A stretch of 64,000 nt of DNA, taken from positions 2,016,001 through 2,080,000 of the forward strand of contig OZ244799.1 of assembly GCA_965219955.1 (NCBI GenBank), written 5' to 3'. Shown in pieces: positions 18,206 through 28,237 of the stretch. Below the pieces are notes generated by a model, which saw only the letters and a list, made by a program, of their open reading frames with translations, searched no databases and was not told the DNA's origin. How positions within the stretch are numbered: position 1 is the first letter of the stretch; the number at the start of each line of letters is the position of its first letter. Source of the DNA: a bacterium. GTDB lineage: Bacteria; UBA8248. The position numbers and the translations under genes were made by a program.

Positions 18206-18865
18206 TTATCTCGCCTTCATCCCGTATTTCTCGTACTTCTTGGACGAGGCGGTACCGAGCTTGGCGGATTGGGGCGTCTTGAGTTCGAGCAGCCAGGGCC
18301 GCTCGGCCGAGGTGGCCCGCACGGCGTCGAGGAGCCCCTGCTCATCGCCTTCGCTCTCCCAATCGCCCTCTTCGAGCTTCACGAAAACGGGTTTGCCCTC
18401 GCCGAAATCGAGCGTGGGAACGCCGAAAATGCCCTGCTCGGCCGCGTCCTCATGCTCTTGCGCGATGAGGGGGATGGTGGCGCCGCTTTTCATGTCCTCC
18501 TCCCAGCGTTCGACGTCCAAGCCCACTTCCACGGCGATATCGCGCAGAACCAGTTCACTGGTGATGTCCTTGCCGTCCTGGTGTCTCGCCCGGTGGAGCG
18601 CCACGTGGTATTTATCGAACTGCGTCTCGCCCTGCAAGGCAGCGCACTTGGCAGCCTGATGCGGGGGGAGATCCCTGCTCGGGAAGGTCTTGTCCTCCCA
18701 GGCCTTCCAGTCTTCGCCCCGCGAGGGGCCGAAATTCGCCTGCTCGAGCACGAAGGCCTTGTAATCCACTTTCAGATCGCTTCTTTTCTCCTGAAGACGA
18801 ACGAGCCACTCCATGGCTCTGTAGGCGTAGGGTCAGACGTAGCAGTTCCACATGGTGACGTTCAT
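18206..18865 (-). CDS. DsbA/FrnE-like thioredoxin-fold selenoprotein (Sec at codon 11, CYVU-PYA)
   Basis: AGGAG RBS + ATG 18865; MNVTMWNCYV-TGA-PYAYRAMEW is in frame with ORF 18206-18814; cis-Pro loop FGVPT; hairpin 13 nt after TGA. Confidence 0.82.
18803..18819 (-). promoter_or_regulatory. Putative bacterial SECIS hairpin
   Basis: GAGCCA-UGGAG-UGGCUC, 13 nt downstream of the in-frame UGA (18833-18835). Confidence 0.65.
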
Positions 18866-18973
18866 GATTTTCTCCTCAAGATGAGCCGTAAAGAGACATT
18901 GCGCGCCAATCATACACCACAAGAACACAGATGAAAAAGCAGCGCAAAATCTTTTGAAAACAGCCGAATTCCG

Positions 18974-19573
18974 CTAATTTTCCGGCGCGAGCGCCCTGTT
19001 CAACAGCGCCTCCGCACCCGCATCGAGAGAAAGCTCCCTGGCGGCCTCCTGCCCGCGCGCGGACATTTTTACCCAGGTTTTCCGCAAGATGCCGATGATT
19101 TTCTCCTCATCATGAAGCCGTGAAAAATCCCAGAAATAGCTTTCCAGAAACACCAGACAGGCGACGTCCTCGAGCATCTGGGTTTCCGGGCTTGATTTCA
19201 ATCTCTGTTTTTTCAACATCTTCCGCACCCGGGCTATCGTTTCCTCATCGTAACCCACCTCCTCAAGAATCCCGGCGGCTTTCTCCCCATGATAGTCGTA
19301 GAGGCGGGTCCGCCATTGGTGATACCCCTTTCGACCCAGAGGGTAATCCGAGCGAGGAATCTCCCATCTGCATATATGCTGGCTCCGAACAGCCAGACGA
19401 AGGGCCTCCGAGGCTTGCGGCTCGATGGTTTCGAGCCATCTCGTCATTCTCATCGAATACAAAAGCTCTTTGGGGTAATCCTCGCCCTCGAAACTCTCGG
19501 TATTCGGATCCTCGGAATTCGCTTCATCGATGAGACGCAGAGCATCTTCAAGACGTTTGGGATCTTCACTCAT
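18974..19573 (-). CDS. DUF4202 family protein
   Basis: IDEANSEDPN...LYSMRM...RSQHICRWEIPR..YP.GR.GY..WR...LEDVACLVFL. Confidence 0.85.
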   Translation of the reverse strand: MSEDPKRLEDALRLIDEANSEDPNTESFEGEDYPKELLYSMRMTRWLETIEPQASEALRLAVRSQHICRWEIPRSDYPLGRKGYHQWRTRLYDYHGEKAAGILEEVGYDEETIARVRKMLKKQRLKSSPETQMLEDVACLVFLESYFWDFSRLHDEEKIIGILRKTWVKMSARGQEAARELSLDAGAEALLNRALAPEN

Positions 19574-19690
19574 GATTTACACCTTCTCGGTTGCGATAAG
19601 CATCAACAGAATCATTCCAGACAAGATAACTCCAGAATAAACGCTTGCTTGGGTTGACAAAAGCAGGAGAGTAAAATATTTTTCTGAAAA

Positions 19691-19711
19691 TGTTAAGTGT
19701 TTTACTTAACA
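19691..19711. promoter_or_regulatory. Perfect 8-5-8 palindrome, candidate operator
   Basis: TGTTAAGT-GTTTT-ACTTAACA in the AT-rich divergent region before cobA; TTGACA at 19654-19659. Confidence 0.6.
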
Positions 19712-19749
19712 ATAAAAAGAAAAATTGATTTTTATACGGGAATCTCTAC

Positions 19750-20559
19750 ATGTATCAAGGAAAAGTTCAGATTGTGGGAGCAGGCCCTGGAGATCCGGAC
19801 TTGCTTACACTCAAGGCGGCAAAAGCTCTCTCAAATGCAGACTTGGTGGTTTATGATCGTCTTGTGAACCCCGAAGTTCTTGAACTTTGCCCGGAAAACT
19901 GCCAACTCATCAATGCGGGAAAATCCAGCGGTCGACACACCATGAGCCAAGATGACATCAACGCAGCTCTAATCCATTTCGCTCAGCGCGGTTATCAAGT
20001 GGTGCGTCTAAAAGGCGGGGACCCTTTCGTGTTCGGTCGTGGCGGCGAGGAAGCGCAGGCACTGGCAGATGCCGGTATTGATTTTGAAATCATACCAGGC
20101 ATCAGTTCCGCTTTAGCTGTGCCCGCCTATGCCGGAATACCCGTCACACACCGAAAGCTCGCCTCGTCGTTCACGGTCGTAACTGCACATGAAGACCCCG
20201 GAAAACCAGAAACGCAAGTGGATTACGCGTACTTGGCGAAGAACAGGGGGACGCTTGTTTTCCTCATGGGCGCGCGCTCCATCGGACGCATATCATCCGC
20301 TTTGATGGAAAACGGCATGTCGAAAGACACGCCCGCCGCCATCATTGAAAATGGAACCACAAACAGGCAGTTGGCCTACCGATGTTCTTTGGAAGAAGCA
20401 TCCAGCCTCGCGCAACGCGAAGAAATATCCCCCCCCGCTGTTTTTCTCGTCGGACCCGTCGCCGGTCTTGAAGACCTCGTTTGGTTCGAGGCCGACGAGA
20501 GTCAAGAAATCTCCTGGCGCTGTTCCACGGAAGACCCCCTGAGCAAAGTCATTTCGTAA
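19750..20559 (+). CDS. cobA: Uroporphyrinogen-III C-methyltransferase
   Basis: VGAGPGDPDLLTLKA, RLKGGDPFVFGRGGEE and GIPVTHR motifs. Confidence 0.95.
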   Translation: MYQGKVQIVGAGPGDPDLLTLKAAKALSNADLVVYDRLVNPEVLELCPENCQLINAGKSSGRHTMSQDDINAALIHFAQRGYQVVRLKGGDPFVFGRGGEEAQALADAGIDFEIIPGISSALAVPAYAGIPVTHRKLASSFTVVTAHEDPGKPETQVDYAYLAKNRGTLVFLMGARSIGRISSALMENGMSKDTPAAIIENGTTNRQLAYRCSLEEASSLAQREEISPPAVFLVGPVAGLEDLVWFEADESQEISWRCSTEDPLSKVIS

Positions 20560-20627
20560 ATGCCGGGCTTTAGCCCGGACCATCATTCATTATCCAACAT
20601 GTACGTAGCCGTTCACGTAAGGAGTAA

Positions 20628-22430
20628 GTGATGCACGAAGAATCACGAAAACCATTGTCTCGGGAAACAGGCGTCATTCCGGTGATTCCCGAAGAATTCG
20701 ATGATTTTGAAACACAAGCCACCAGATTCCGAAACGGGGAACTCGATAACAGCGAGTTTCTCCCCTATCGCTTAAGGCGCGGCGTATATGGCCAGCGCCA
20801 GGCGGACGCACAGATGGTGCGCGTGAAAATTCCTTTCGGCGGCCTGAGCGCTTCCCAACTCGAAGCCCTGGGGCGTGTATCGCGTGATTACGTGCCGTTG
20901 GGAAAAGGTCACGTGACGACACGGGAAAACGTGCAGTTTCATTTCGTTCCTCTCGACCAGTCCGCCGATGTCCTGAGGCTTCTGGGCGAAGTAGGACTGA
21001 CCACGCGGGAAGCATGTGGAAATTGCGTGAGAAACGTCACCGGTTGTCCCTATGCGGGCGTTTGCAAGGATCAGGTTTTCGACGCTACTCCCTATGCAGG
21101 CGCATTTGCGCGTTACTTCGTCCGCAGAGATTTCACACAGGACCTGCCGCGCAAATTCAAGGTGGCGTTCTCGAGTTGCGCTTCGGACTGCGTGGTCGGC
21201 GGAATTCATGACATCGGGTTCATCCCGGTTATCAAGGAGATGGAAGGAACTCCCGTGCATGGCTTCAAGATGCTTGTCGGAGGCGGACTCGCTACTTTCG
21301 CGCGTACCGCCGAGGTGCTTTACGAGTTCGTTCCGGTGTCCGATTTCCTGAGGGTGAGTGAAGCCCTCATCCGGGTTTTCGACCAGGCTGCTGAACTTCG
21401 CAAATCCCGCTTCAAGGCGCGCATCAAGTTCCTCGTAAGCTGGATAGGGATAGACGGGCTGCGAGAACGCGTCGAGGAAGAACTCAAAAAGGACTGGGCG
21501 AAAGATCCCGTCAGTCCCGAACCTTATCTTTGGAAAGATGATGAAGAAACCGACGCTCCACCCGTCTTGAATACCCTGAACGGGGCGGGAGCCAGCCCGA
21601 ATGGCGACGCTGCGGATTATCACGCCTGGAGAAAAACGAACGTCACCGCACAGAGGCAAGAAGGCTACTTCGCCGTCGATGTAAAACTCCCGTTGGGGAA
21701 CATCCATACGGATCAGTTCTTCGCCCTGGCCGACCTCACCCGGCGTTTCGCGAGAGGGCGCGCAAGAACGAGTTTCGAGCAAAACCTCGTGCTCAGGTGG
21801 GTGCGCGAAGGCGAACTTTACCCCCTCTGGAAAGAGCTTCAGAGAATCGGGCTCGCCGAAAAAGGGGCCAGAGAGATATCCGACGTGGTTTCCTGCCCGG
21901 GAACGGATTCATGCAAACTCGGCATCACCTCTTCCATGGGCCTGGCAAACGCCATTCGTGAAACACTTCATGAGATTGATCAGGATCCTCTTACGCGGGA
22001 GATGCACATCAAGATGAGCGGTTGCCCGAATTCCTGCGGGCAACACCACATCGCCAACATCGGGTTTCACGGGGGGACGCTCAAGGCGAACGGCGCGATG
22101 CTGCCCGCTTATGAAATTTTCCTCGGCGGTCAATACGATGGCACCGACGGAGAAATCCGCATCGGAAAACGCATCCAGGTTCGGATTCCGGCAAAACGCG
22201 TTCCTGCTGCACTCAAGAAAATGTTGTCCCACTACCAGGAAAACAGAAACGAGAGCGAGCGATTCAGCGAGTTTTTGGATCGTGTGGGGAGTGCGTCCTT
22301 TGAAGACTTGCTGCAGGAGTTTCACCTGGCCGGTCAGTTCAACGACGAGCCCGATTCCGATTTGTTCATCGACTGGAGTCAGGACAGGCAATACGTTCTG
22401 GAAAGAGGAGAAGGCGAATGCCTGGCCTAG
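20628..22430 (+). CDS. Siroheme-dependent sulfite/nitrite reductase (Sir/NirA type)
   Basis: GVYGQRQ, TTRENVQ, LPRKFK, SCPGTDSCKLG and SGCPNSCGQH motifs; C-terminal GEGECLA. Confidence 0.92.
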   Translation: MMHEESRKPLSRETGVIPVIPEEFDDFETQATRFRNGELDNSEFLPYRLRRGVYGQRQADAQMVRVKIPFGGLSASQLEALGRVSRDYVPLGKGHVTTRENVQFHFVPLDQSADVLRLLGEVGLTTREACGNCVRNVTGCPYAGVCKDQVFDATPYAGAFARYFVRRDFTQDLPRKFKVAFSSCASDCVVGGIHDIGFIPVIKEMEGTPVHGFKMLVGGGLATFARTAEVLYEFVPVSDFLRVSEALIRVFDQAAELRKSRFKARIKFLVSWIGIDGLRERVEEELKKDWAKDPVSPEPYLWKDDEETDAPPVLNTLNGAGASPNGDAADYHAWRKTNVTAQRQEGYFAVDVKLPLGNIHTDQFFALADLTRRFARGRARTSFEQNLVLRWVREGELYPLWKELQRIGLAEKGAREISDVVSCPGTDSCKLGITSSMGLANAIRETLHEIDQDPLTREMHIKMSGCPNSCGQHHIANIGFHGGTLKANGAMLPAYEIFLGGQYDGTDGEIRIGKRIQVRIPAKRVPAALKKMLSHYQENRNESERFSEFLDRVGSASFEDLLQEFHLAGQFNDEPDSDLFIDWSQDRQYVLERGEGECLA

Positions 22431-22870
22431 AAAAACAATTGGAATTTCTGGACGATACGCCCGAGGACCAGATAAAAACTGCTGTCTTGCTCATCGGTCA
22501 CGGCAGTCGCGCGCAAAACGCCAACGAAGCGCTGTTCCTCGTCGTGGAGCATTTTCAAAAAGCATGGCCGCATCGCATATTGAAAGCCGCTTTCCTGGAG
22601 ATCAGTTACCCCTCCATTCCAGAGGGAATCGACTTGTGCGTAGCGAAAGGGGCTGAGAGAATCATCGTCATCCCTTACTTTCTTTTCAGGGGCAATCACG
22701 TGAAAGTGGACTTGCCCGTCTTCATCAATGAAGGCCGGAGGAAATATCCGGATATCGACGTCATTTTGGGCCCGCATCTCGGCTTTCATCCCAAGATGAT
22801 CGAGATCGTCGATGAACGAATCCAACAGGTGTTGGACACGCTAAAATTCGAGGAGAATGTGCTCTCATGA
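22418..22870 (+). CDS. Sirohydrochlorin chelatase (CbiX/SirB, short form)
   Basis: LIGHGSR, AFLE...P and PYFLFRGNHVKVDLP motifs. Confidence 0.9.
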   Translation: MPGLEKQLEFLDDTPEDQIKTAVLLIGHGSRAQNANEALFLVVEHFQKAWPHRILKAAFLEISYPSIPEGIDLCVAKGAERIIVIPYFLFRGNHVKVDLPVFINEGRRKYPDIDVILGPHLGFHPKMIEIVDERIQQVLDTLKFEENVLS

Positions 22871-23841
22871 GTGGCCAAAACGGATCCGCCCGCCCCATCG
22901 CCATTTATTATGAACACCCCGAGTGGTTCAAAAAGCTCTTTGATGAACTCGACAGGCGAGATGTGGCATATGAAAAAATAGAAGCCCACAACCATCGCTT
23001 CGATCCGACCGAAACCGAATCGCCTTATTCTGTGATTGTGAACCGCATGAGTCCATCCGCATGGGCGCGCGGGCATACACATGCGATTCCCTACACGCTG
23101 GAATATTGCGCGCACCTCAAAGCGATTGGCGCCAACGTGATCAACGGTTATGAGGCCTATCTCCATGAATTCTCAAAAGTGCGGCAAACCCGTTTGCTCA
23201 AGAGTTTGGGCGTTAATCATCCGAGGTCACGGGTGATCAATCATCCCTCACAAGCTCCTGCAGCAGCCCAGGGATTGAGTTTCCCTGTTATTACGAAGGC
23301 GAACATTGGCGGAAGCGGTGCCGGTATACAAAAGTACGATACGCCTGAAGAACTCCAGAGAGCGGCGGATGAAGCGAGTATTGACTTCGGTATCGACAAT
23401 GTAGTGCTCGTGCAAGAATACATCCCGCCCCGTGGAGAACAAATTGTCCGCATCGAGGTTTTGAACAGCAAGTTTCTATATGCGATCCAATTGGCCTTGG
23501 TGGACCCGAATTCATTTAACCTATGCCCGGGCAGTTACTGCCGCCGCAACGAGGAGGTCGCGTGCGGGGTAAACGGCAGAAACGCCTTGATTGAGAAGGT
23601 CACGCCACCACGAGAGGTAATAGACACGGTCGAGAAAATCATGCAAACAGCGGGCATAGAGGTCGGCGGCATCGAATATCTGGTGAGCGATAAAGATGGG
23701 GAAATCTATTATTACGACATCAATGCGCTCTCGAATTTCGTGGACGATGCGCAAAATATGATCGGCTTCGACCCCTGGCCGCTGATGGCCGACTTCATCC
23801 TCGAACGCGCGCAGCACCCTTCTCCTGCGCTGAGCATTTAG
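22867..23841 (+). CDS. ATP-grasp ligase (RimK/glutathione synthase-like)
   Basis: FPVITKANIGGSGAGI, LVQEYI and YYDINALSNF motifs. Confidence 0.85.
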   Translation: MSGQNGSARPIAIYYEHPEWFKKLFDELDRRDVAYEKIEAHNHRFDPTETESPYSVIVNRMSPSAWARGHTHAIPYTLEYCAHLKAIGANVINGYEAYLHEFSKVRQTRLLKSLGVNHPRSRVINHPSQAPAAAQGLSFPVITKANIGGSGAGIQKYDTPEELQRAADEASIDFGIDNVVLVQEYIPPRGEQIVRIEVLNSKFLYAIQLALVDPNSFNLCPGSYCRRNEEVACGVNGRNALIEKVTPPREVIDTVEKIMQTAGIEVGGIEYLVSDKDGEIYYYDINALSNFVDDAQNMIGFDPWPLMADFILERAQHPSPALSI

Positions 23842-23893
23842 CGCTCAGGTCAAAGCGCCTTGATGGGCTCGTATACTTCTCTATAATCGAAGT

Positions 23894-24790
23894 GTGTTAG
23901 AGACAGCCGCCGTATACGCCCTCATATCAGCAGTTCTGCTTGCGCTAAGGGATATCTTCGGACGCTTCGCGATCCGGGGCATAGACCCCATCACCGGAAC
24001 GGCCTTCACCGCCATCATCGGCCTGCCCGTTCTTTGGATTGTATCCGCTGTGCGAGGAGATTTTTCGGACCCCTGGCCGGGCTTCGGCTGGCCTCTTCTT
24101 TTCATAGCCGTCGCAGGGATTTTCAGGGTCTGCGTTGCGCGCACCATGCTCTTCGCCGCCACGCAGCACATCGGGTCTGCTCGCACAAGCACCATCGTCG
24201 CGACGAATATGATATTCGCCGTATTCTTCGGCGTCGCCTTGCTGGGAGAGGCGCTCACTATCACCATCGGGCTGGGCGCCCTGCTCGTGTTTAGCGGTTA
24301 CATCTTCATCGCCAGGAGTCATCCCAATCATCAGGGGGGTGAATCTCCCAAAAGCCAGTATATCGGAATGGGATTGGCTCTTGGCTGCGCGCTGGCCTTC
24401 GGAGCGGCCGCGGTGCTTGTGCGACCCGCGGTCGGGTTCTTCACCTCAGCCAATGAAGCGAACTTTTATTCCAACATTTTCGCGGTAGCGGCTTTTTTGC
24501 CTTTGCTCTGCCGCAAAGGCAAAATAAGTGCAATCAAAAGCTGGACCCCGAGCAATTGGGGGTTTCTCGTTCTGGCCGGCCTATCCGCAAGCCTTGGCGT
24601 CACGTTTTTGTATCTTGCGCTGGCGAACGCGCCCGTCGTCTATTCCTTCCCTATCTCTCAGTCAAGGCCTTTGTTCGCCATCGCGATTTCATGGGCTTTT
24701 CTTCAGTCGGAAGAGAGAATGAACTGGCGCGTCGTGGCCGGCGCGATCGCAATTTTTACTGGCACGGTTACTCTGATTTTCAACGGATAA
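23894..24790 (+). CDS. DMT/EamA family transporter
   Basis: About 10 TM segments in two repeats; LLGE.LT and EERMNWR motifs. Confidence 0.85.
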   Translation: MLETAAVYALISAVLLALRDIFGRFAIRGIDPITGTAFTAIIGLPVLWIVSAVRGDFSDPWPGFGWPLLFIAVAGIFRVCVARTMLFAATQHIGSARTSTIVATNMIFAVFFGVALLGEALTITIGLGALLVFSGYIFIARSHPNHQGGESPKSQYIGMGLALGCALAFGAAAVLVRPAVGFFTSANEANFYSNIFAVAAFLPLLCRKGKISAIKSWTPSNWGFLVLAGLSASLGVTFLYLALANAPVVYSFPISQSRPLFAIAISWAFLQSEERMNWRVVAGAIAIFTGTVTLIFNG

Positions 24791-24959
24791 GGCAGCTTGG
24801 CAATTCCATGAAACACCTATGGAGTCAACTTTTCATTTCCATGTTTTAAAATCGTGCGCTGGTCTGGAAGAGGAAAAAACCAGTTGCGGAAGGTCAAACC
24901 TTGGGATACATTTGAATGAAATTACTAAGTTGCCCCTCCATCAAGGAGAACTCCACGAC

Positions 24960-25298
24960 ATGATGAACATCGGGGAAGAAAAAGCGGATTCTGTTGTCAT
25001 CGTTGCGATTGAAGGGCGCGTCGACGGTCTCACTGCACCGGAACTGGAAAACCGGATTTCGGAAATCGTCGACCGTGGTGATGCCCAGGTTCTACTTGAT
25101 TGCGCAGGAATGACATATGTCAGTAGCGCCGGTCTGCGCATATTTCTCACAGGCGCGAGAAAATGCCAGCAAAGCGGAGGCAATTTGATGATCTGCTCGT
25201 TACAGCCCGATTGCAAGTCAGTAATAGAAACCAGCGGTTTCCATACCGTAATCGATTGCCACGACACTCGAGAGGCAGCCCTCGCGGCTGCTTCATAA
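24960..25298 (+). CDS. STAS-domain anti-sigma-factor antagonist
   Basis: GRVD..TAPELE and YVSSAGLR motifs; AAGGAG RBS. Confidence 0.9.
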   Translation: MMNIGEEKADSVVIVAIEGRVDGLTAPELENRISEIVDRGDAQVLLDCAGMTYVSSAGLRIFLTGARKCQQSGGNLMICSLQPDCKSVIETSGFHTVIDCHDTREAALAAAS

Positions 25299-25309
25299 AG
25301 GAGCGCTCC

Positions 25310-25963
25310 ATGCTGACATTTGTCGATGAAATCCTGTTGCTGATGCTGGATGACGAAAAAGGCTCGTTCCTCCCCATCCGCGAAAGCACGATGGGATATG
25401 TGCTCGCGGGCGCCGTTCTCATGGATCTGGCCTTTGCAAACCGCATCGACACCGACCCCAACCAGTTGATGGTTCTGGACAAAACGCCGATTGGCCACTC
25501 GCCGCATGACCGGATTCTCGAAAATATCGCGTCTTCCAGCGAAACCAGGGATACGAAGGCCTGGATTGAAACGATCTCCCGTGAGGCCGGTGAAATCCGC
25601 GAGCAGTCACTCGCCAGCTTGGTAGATACCGGCATTTTAGAATCCCAGGAGGAAAAGTTTCTTTGGGTCTTCCGGGCGCGGAGATACCCGACGATCGACG
25701 GTCGCGCCGAGCGCGAAGTGAAGTTGCGCATCACCGGCGTCCTGCTATCGGATGAAACTCCGGATCCCAAAGATGTCGCTCTGATCTGCCTTGCCGATGC
25801 ATGCAATATTCTGCGCGACGTGTTTTCCGACAGGGAGATCAATCGCATCCGCCCTCGTATCGATCAGATTCGGAAGCTGGATCTCATCGGACGTGAAGTC
25901 AGTGGAGCGATTCAGGAAATCGAACAAGCGATCATGGCGGCGATGACGCATGCTCACCACTAG
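25310..25963 (+). CDS. GPP34/GOLPH3 family protein
   Basis: MLTFVDEILLLMLDDEKG...LAGAVLMDLA...LVDTGIL...RRYP; AAGGAG RBS. Confidence 0.85.
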   Translation: MLTFVDEILLLMLDDEKGSFLPIRESTMGYVLAGAVLMDLAFANRIDTDPNQLMVLDKTPIGHSPHDRILENIASSSETRDTKAWIETISREAGEIREQSLASLVDTGILESQEEKFLWVFRARRYPTIDGRAEREVKLRITGVLLSDETPDPKDVALICLADACNILRDVFSDREINRIRPRIDQIRKLDLIGREVSGAIQEIEQAIMAAMTHAHH

Positions 25964-26094
25964 AAATCGCGGATTTTGAGCACCTCTGAGGTGAAGAGCA
26001 TCAACAGCTTCCATTCATAGACGGTCGATTCGGAAAGGTTTTCCCATTTCCTTAGTCGCTAGCGTCATTTTCGAAAGCGCCATATGCCTTTTGC

Positions 26095-26553
26095 CTAAAT
26101 ATTTCCGCTATCCCGCCTGCGCACCAAATTCACGGACCGCATCGAGAGCACCAGTTCGTTTTCCTGGTTGTATGTCCTGAATTCCATGAGGACAATTCCT
26201 CGTCCAGCTTCCGAGCGGGACGCTCTCGTCTCGATGACTTCCGCTTCGACCCGCAATGTGTCTCCGGGACGAACGGGCTTTATCCAGCGGATGGAATCCA
26301 TGCCGGGCGATCCCATCCCCGTGGTCCCGATAACGCCCGTATCAAGAAACAGACGAAACGAAGTCCCTATCGTATGGAACCCACTGGCGATGATGCCGCC
26401 ATATGGAGACTCGGCCGCTGCGCTCTCATCGATATGGAACGGCTGCGGGTCGTACAACTCGGCAAATTCTATGATTTCTTCGGTCGAGAGCGTTTTCTCT
26501 TTCGTATGAAACTTCTCCCCAACCCTGAAATCCTCAAAATATTTTTCTCTCAT
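26095..26553 (-). CDS. MaoC family dehydratase
   Basis: YFEDF.VG, YDPQPFHIDE..A..SPYGGIIASG and PVRPGDTL motifs. Confidence 0.9.
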   Translation of the reverse strand: MREKYFEDFRVGEKFHTKEKTLSTEEIIEFAELYDPQPFHIDESAAAESPYGGIIASGFHTIGTSFRLFLDTGVIGTTGMGSPGMDSIRWIKPVRPGDTLRVEAEVIETRASRSEAGRGIVLMEFRTYNQENELVLSMRSVNLVRRRDSGNI

Positions 26554-26577
26554 CAAATTCAACCTTGAAATTCCATG

Positions 26578-26976
26578 TTATGCCGAGTCCCCGGGATATT
26601 TTTTCTCTGCTTCCTCGGCTCCTTGCGCCAAATTGTAATCCTCATCCAGCTCTCCCGTTCCAGCCGGAAACTTCACGGTGAAGAAAGTGGCTTCCCCATC
26701 GACAGCCCGGCTCCTGTGGTTCGTAAACCTGGGAATGTGGATCAAATCGCCACGCTCAACAATCTTGTCTTCTTCCCCAAGTATATAGTGCAGCTTGCCA
26801 TCCAGAATCAGCGTAAACTGCTCTTCGTTCGGGTGCATGTGCAGCGGAGGACCCTCTCCCTCCGGCTTCGTGACTATGCCAACCTTCATGAATTCGCCCG
26901 CAACGCTTTTCGCCCTGACTTTGGGATTCGTCTTGCTGTTGCTTTCTTTCATTCCTTCGATTTCATAAAAAGGCAT
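26578..26976 (-). CDS. Cupin domain protein
   Basis: HMHPNEEQF...GDLIHIP...H. Confidence 0.88.
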   Translation of the reverse strand: MPFYEIEGMKESNSKTNPKVRAKSVAGEFMKVGIVTKPEGEGPPLHMHPNEEQFTLILDGKLHYILGEEDKIVERGDLIHIPRFTNHRSRAVDGEATFFTVKFPAGTGELDEDYNLAQGAEEAEKKYPGDSA

Positions 26977-27005
26977 GCGTATTCCTTTCTGTTTCTTTGA
27001 AAGAC

Positions 27006-28127
27006 CTATAATTCCCCGTACTCACTGATAGACATGGGTAATGAGACCGGCTCTTTTCGTTGCGCGGAAACGTCCATCGCCATTGTGAGCAGGAGGTTTC
27101 TGTGACCATCCTGCACGGTGGCGTGCGGCGTCTCCAATCCTGTGTAGATGCGTCCGAACCAGGCGTTGGTTTCTTCGCGCATCGGGCCCCAGAGCTGTTC
27201 GAATACAACGTCGCCAGGCGGATAACTCGTCAGGAAATCCACGTTTCGCTTCACATCGGGCGTATAGCCTGCCGGCTGCGCATTTTCACTGGCAAGAACC
27301 AAGTCTCTATGGGTGTCGTCTATGGTGAGAACGCCCTCTGTGCCCACGATGCCGATTTCCAGACTATAGACGGATCCGGGCCAGACCGTCGGCAGGGCCC
27401 ATGAGATGTTCATGCTCCATATCGTGCCGTCATCAAAGGTGAAGATCCCCAGGGTCGCGTCCTTGGTTCCATAGGACGCGCCAAGCGCCTTATCCATCGA
27501 GCGCGCATAAATCTCTACGGGCGTCTTGCCTTCCATCAGCCACATGCAGACATCCAAGCTGTGCGTCCCCGAGACGACCATCGGCGTGAGGATGCCGCGG
27601 TATTCCGTTTTCTCCACCGTGGCGATGGGCACCAGCCGGTTCATAAAGGCTCTCGTGACGACAGTGGTGACATCTCCCAGTTGCCCTGTGCGAATCTTTT
27701 CCTTGGCGACCAGAAACCGCCTCCTGAAACGCTGGGTATAGCCAATAACCGCATCCAGACCTGCGTCTTCGATGGCATTGAGAACCCGGGCCGAATCGGC
27801 CGCATTCGTCGCCAGCGGCTTTTCGATGAACATATCGTGGCCCCCATCCACAGAAGCCAATATGGGGCCTACATGTTCGTTTTCCTCTGTGGCGATGATG
27901 GATGCCGTCACCTCCGGTCGGGCCAACAGCTCTTTGTAGTCCGTGGTGAAAAAATCGGCATTCGTTTCTTCGGCGAGTTTTCTGCCTACTTTCTCGTTGA
28001 TGTCACAAAGGCCCAGCCATTCGACGCCCGGATAATCACGGGCGAATTCAGCACGTATTTTGCCGATCGTTCCGCAACCTATGATGGCCAAGCCGATGGG
28101 TGCTCTTTTTCCATTTTCGGTGTTCAT
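27006..28127 (-). CDS. Gfo/Idh/MocA family oxidoreductase
   Basis: IIGCGTIG, IEKPLA, GYTQRF and H.LD motifs. Confidence 0.9.
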   Translation of the reverse strand: MNTENGKRAPIGLAIIGCGTIGKIRAEFARDYPGVEWLGLCDINEKVGRKLAEETNADFFTTDYKELLARPEVTASIIATEENEHVGPILASVDGGHDMFIEKPLATNAADSARVLNAIEDAGLDAVIGYTQRFRRRFLVAKEKIRTGQLGDVTTVVTRAFMNRLVPIATVEKTEYRGILTPMVVSGTHSLDVCMWLMEGKTPVEIYARSMDKALGASYGTKDATLGIFTFDDGTIWSMNISWALPTVWPGSVYSLEIGIVGTEGVLTIDDTHRDLVLASENAQPAGYTPDVKRNVDFLTSYPPGDVVFEQLWGPMREETNAWFGRIYTGLETPHATVQDGHRNLLLTMAMDVSAQRKEPVSLPMSISEYGEL

Positions 28128-28237
28128 TCATGACTCCCTGATAAGTACGATGAAATGCTCATAAGAAACGCGTCGGGCTAACTTCCCTCTACGACGAGGT
28201 ATTATGCCTGGCGCGTAAAATCGCCAAGTACTCAAAA

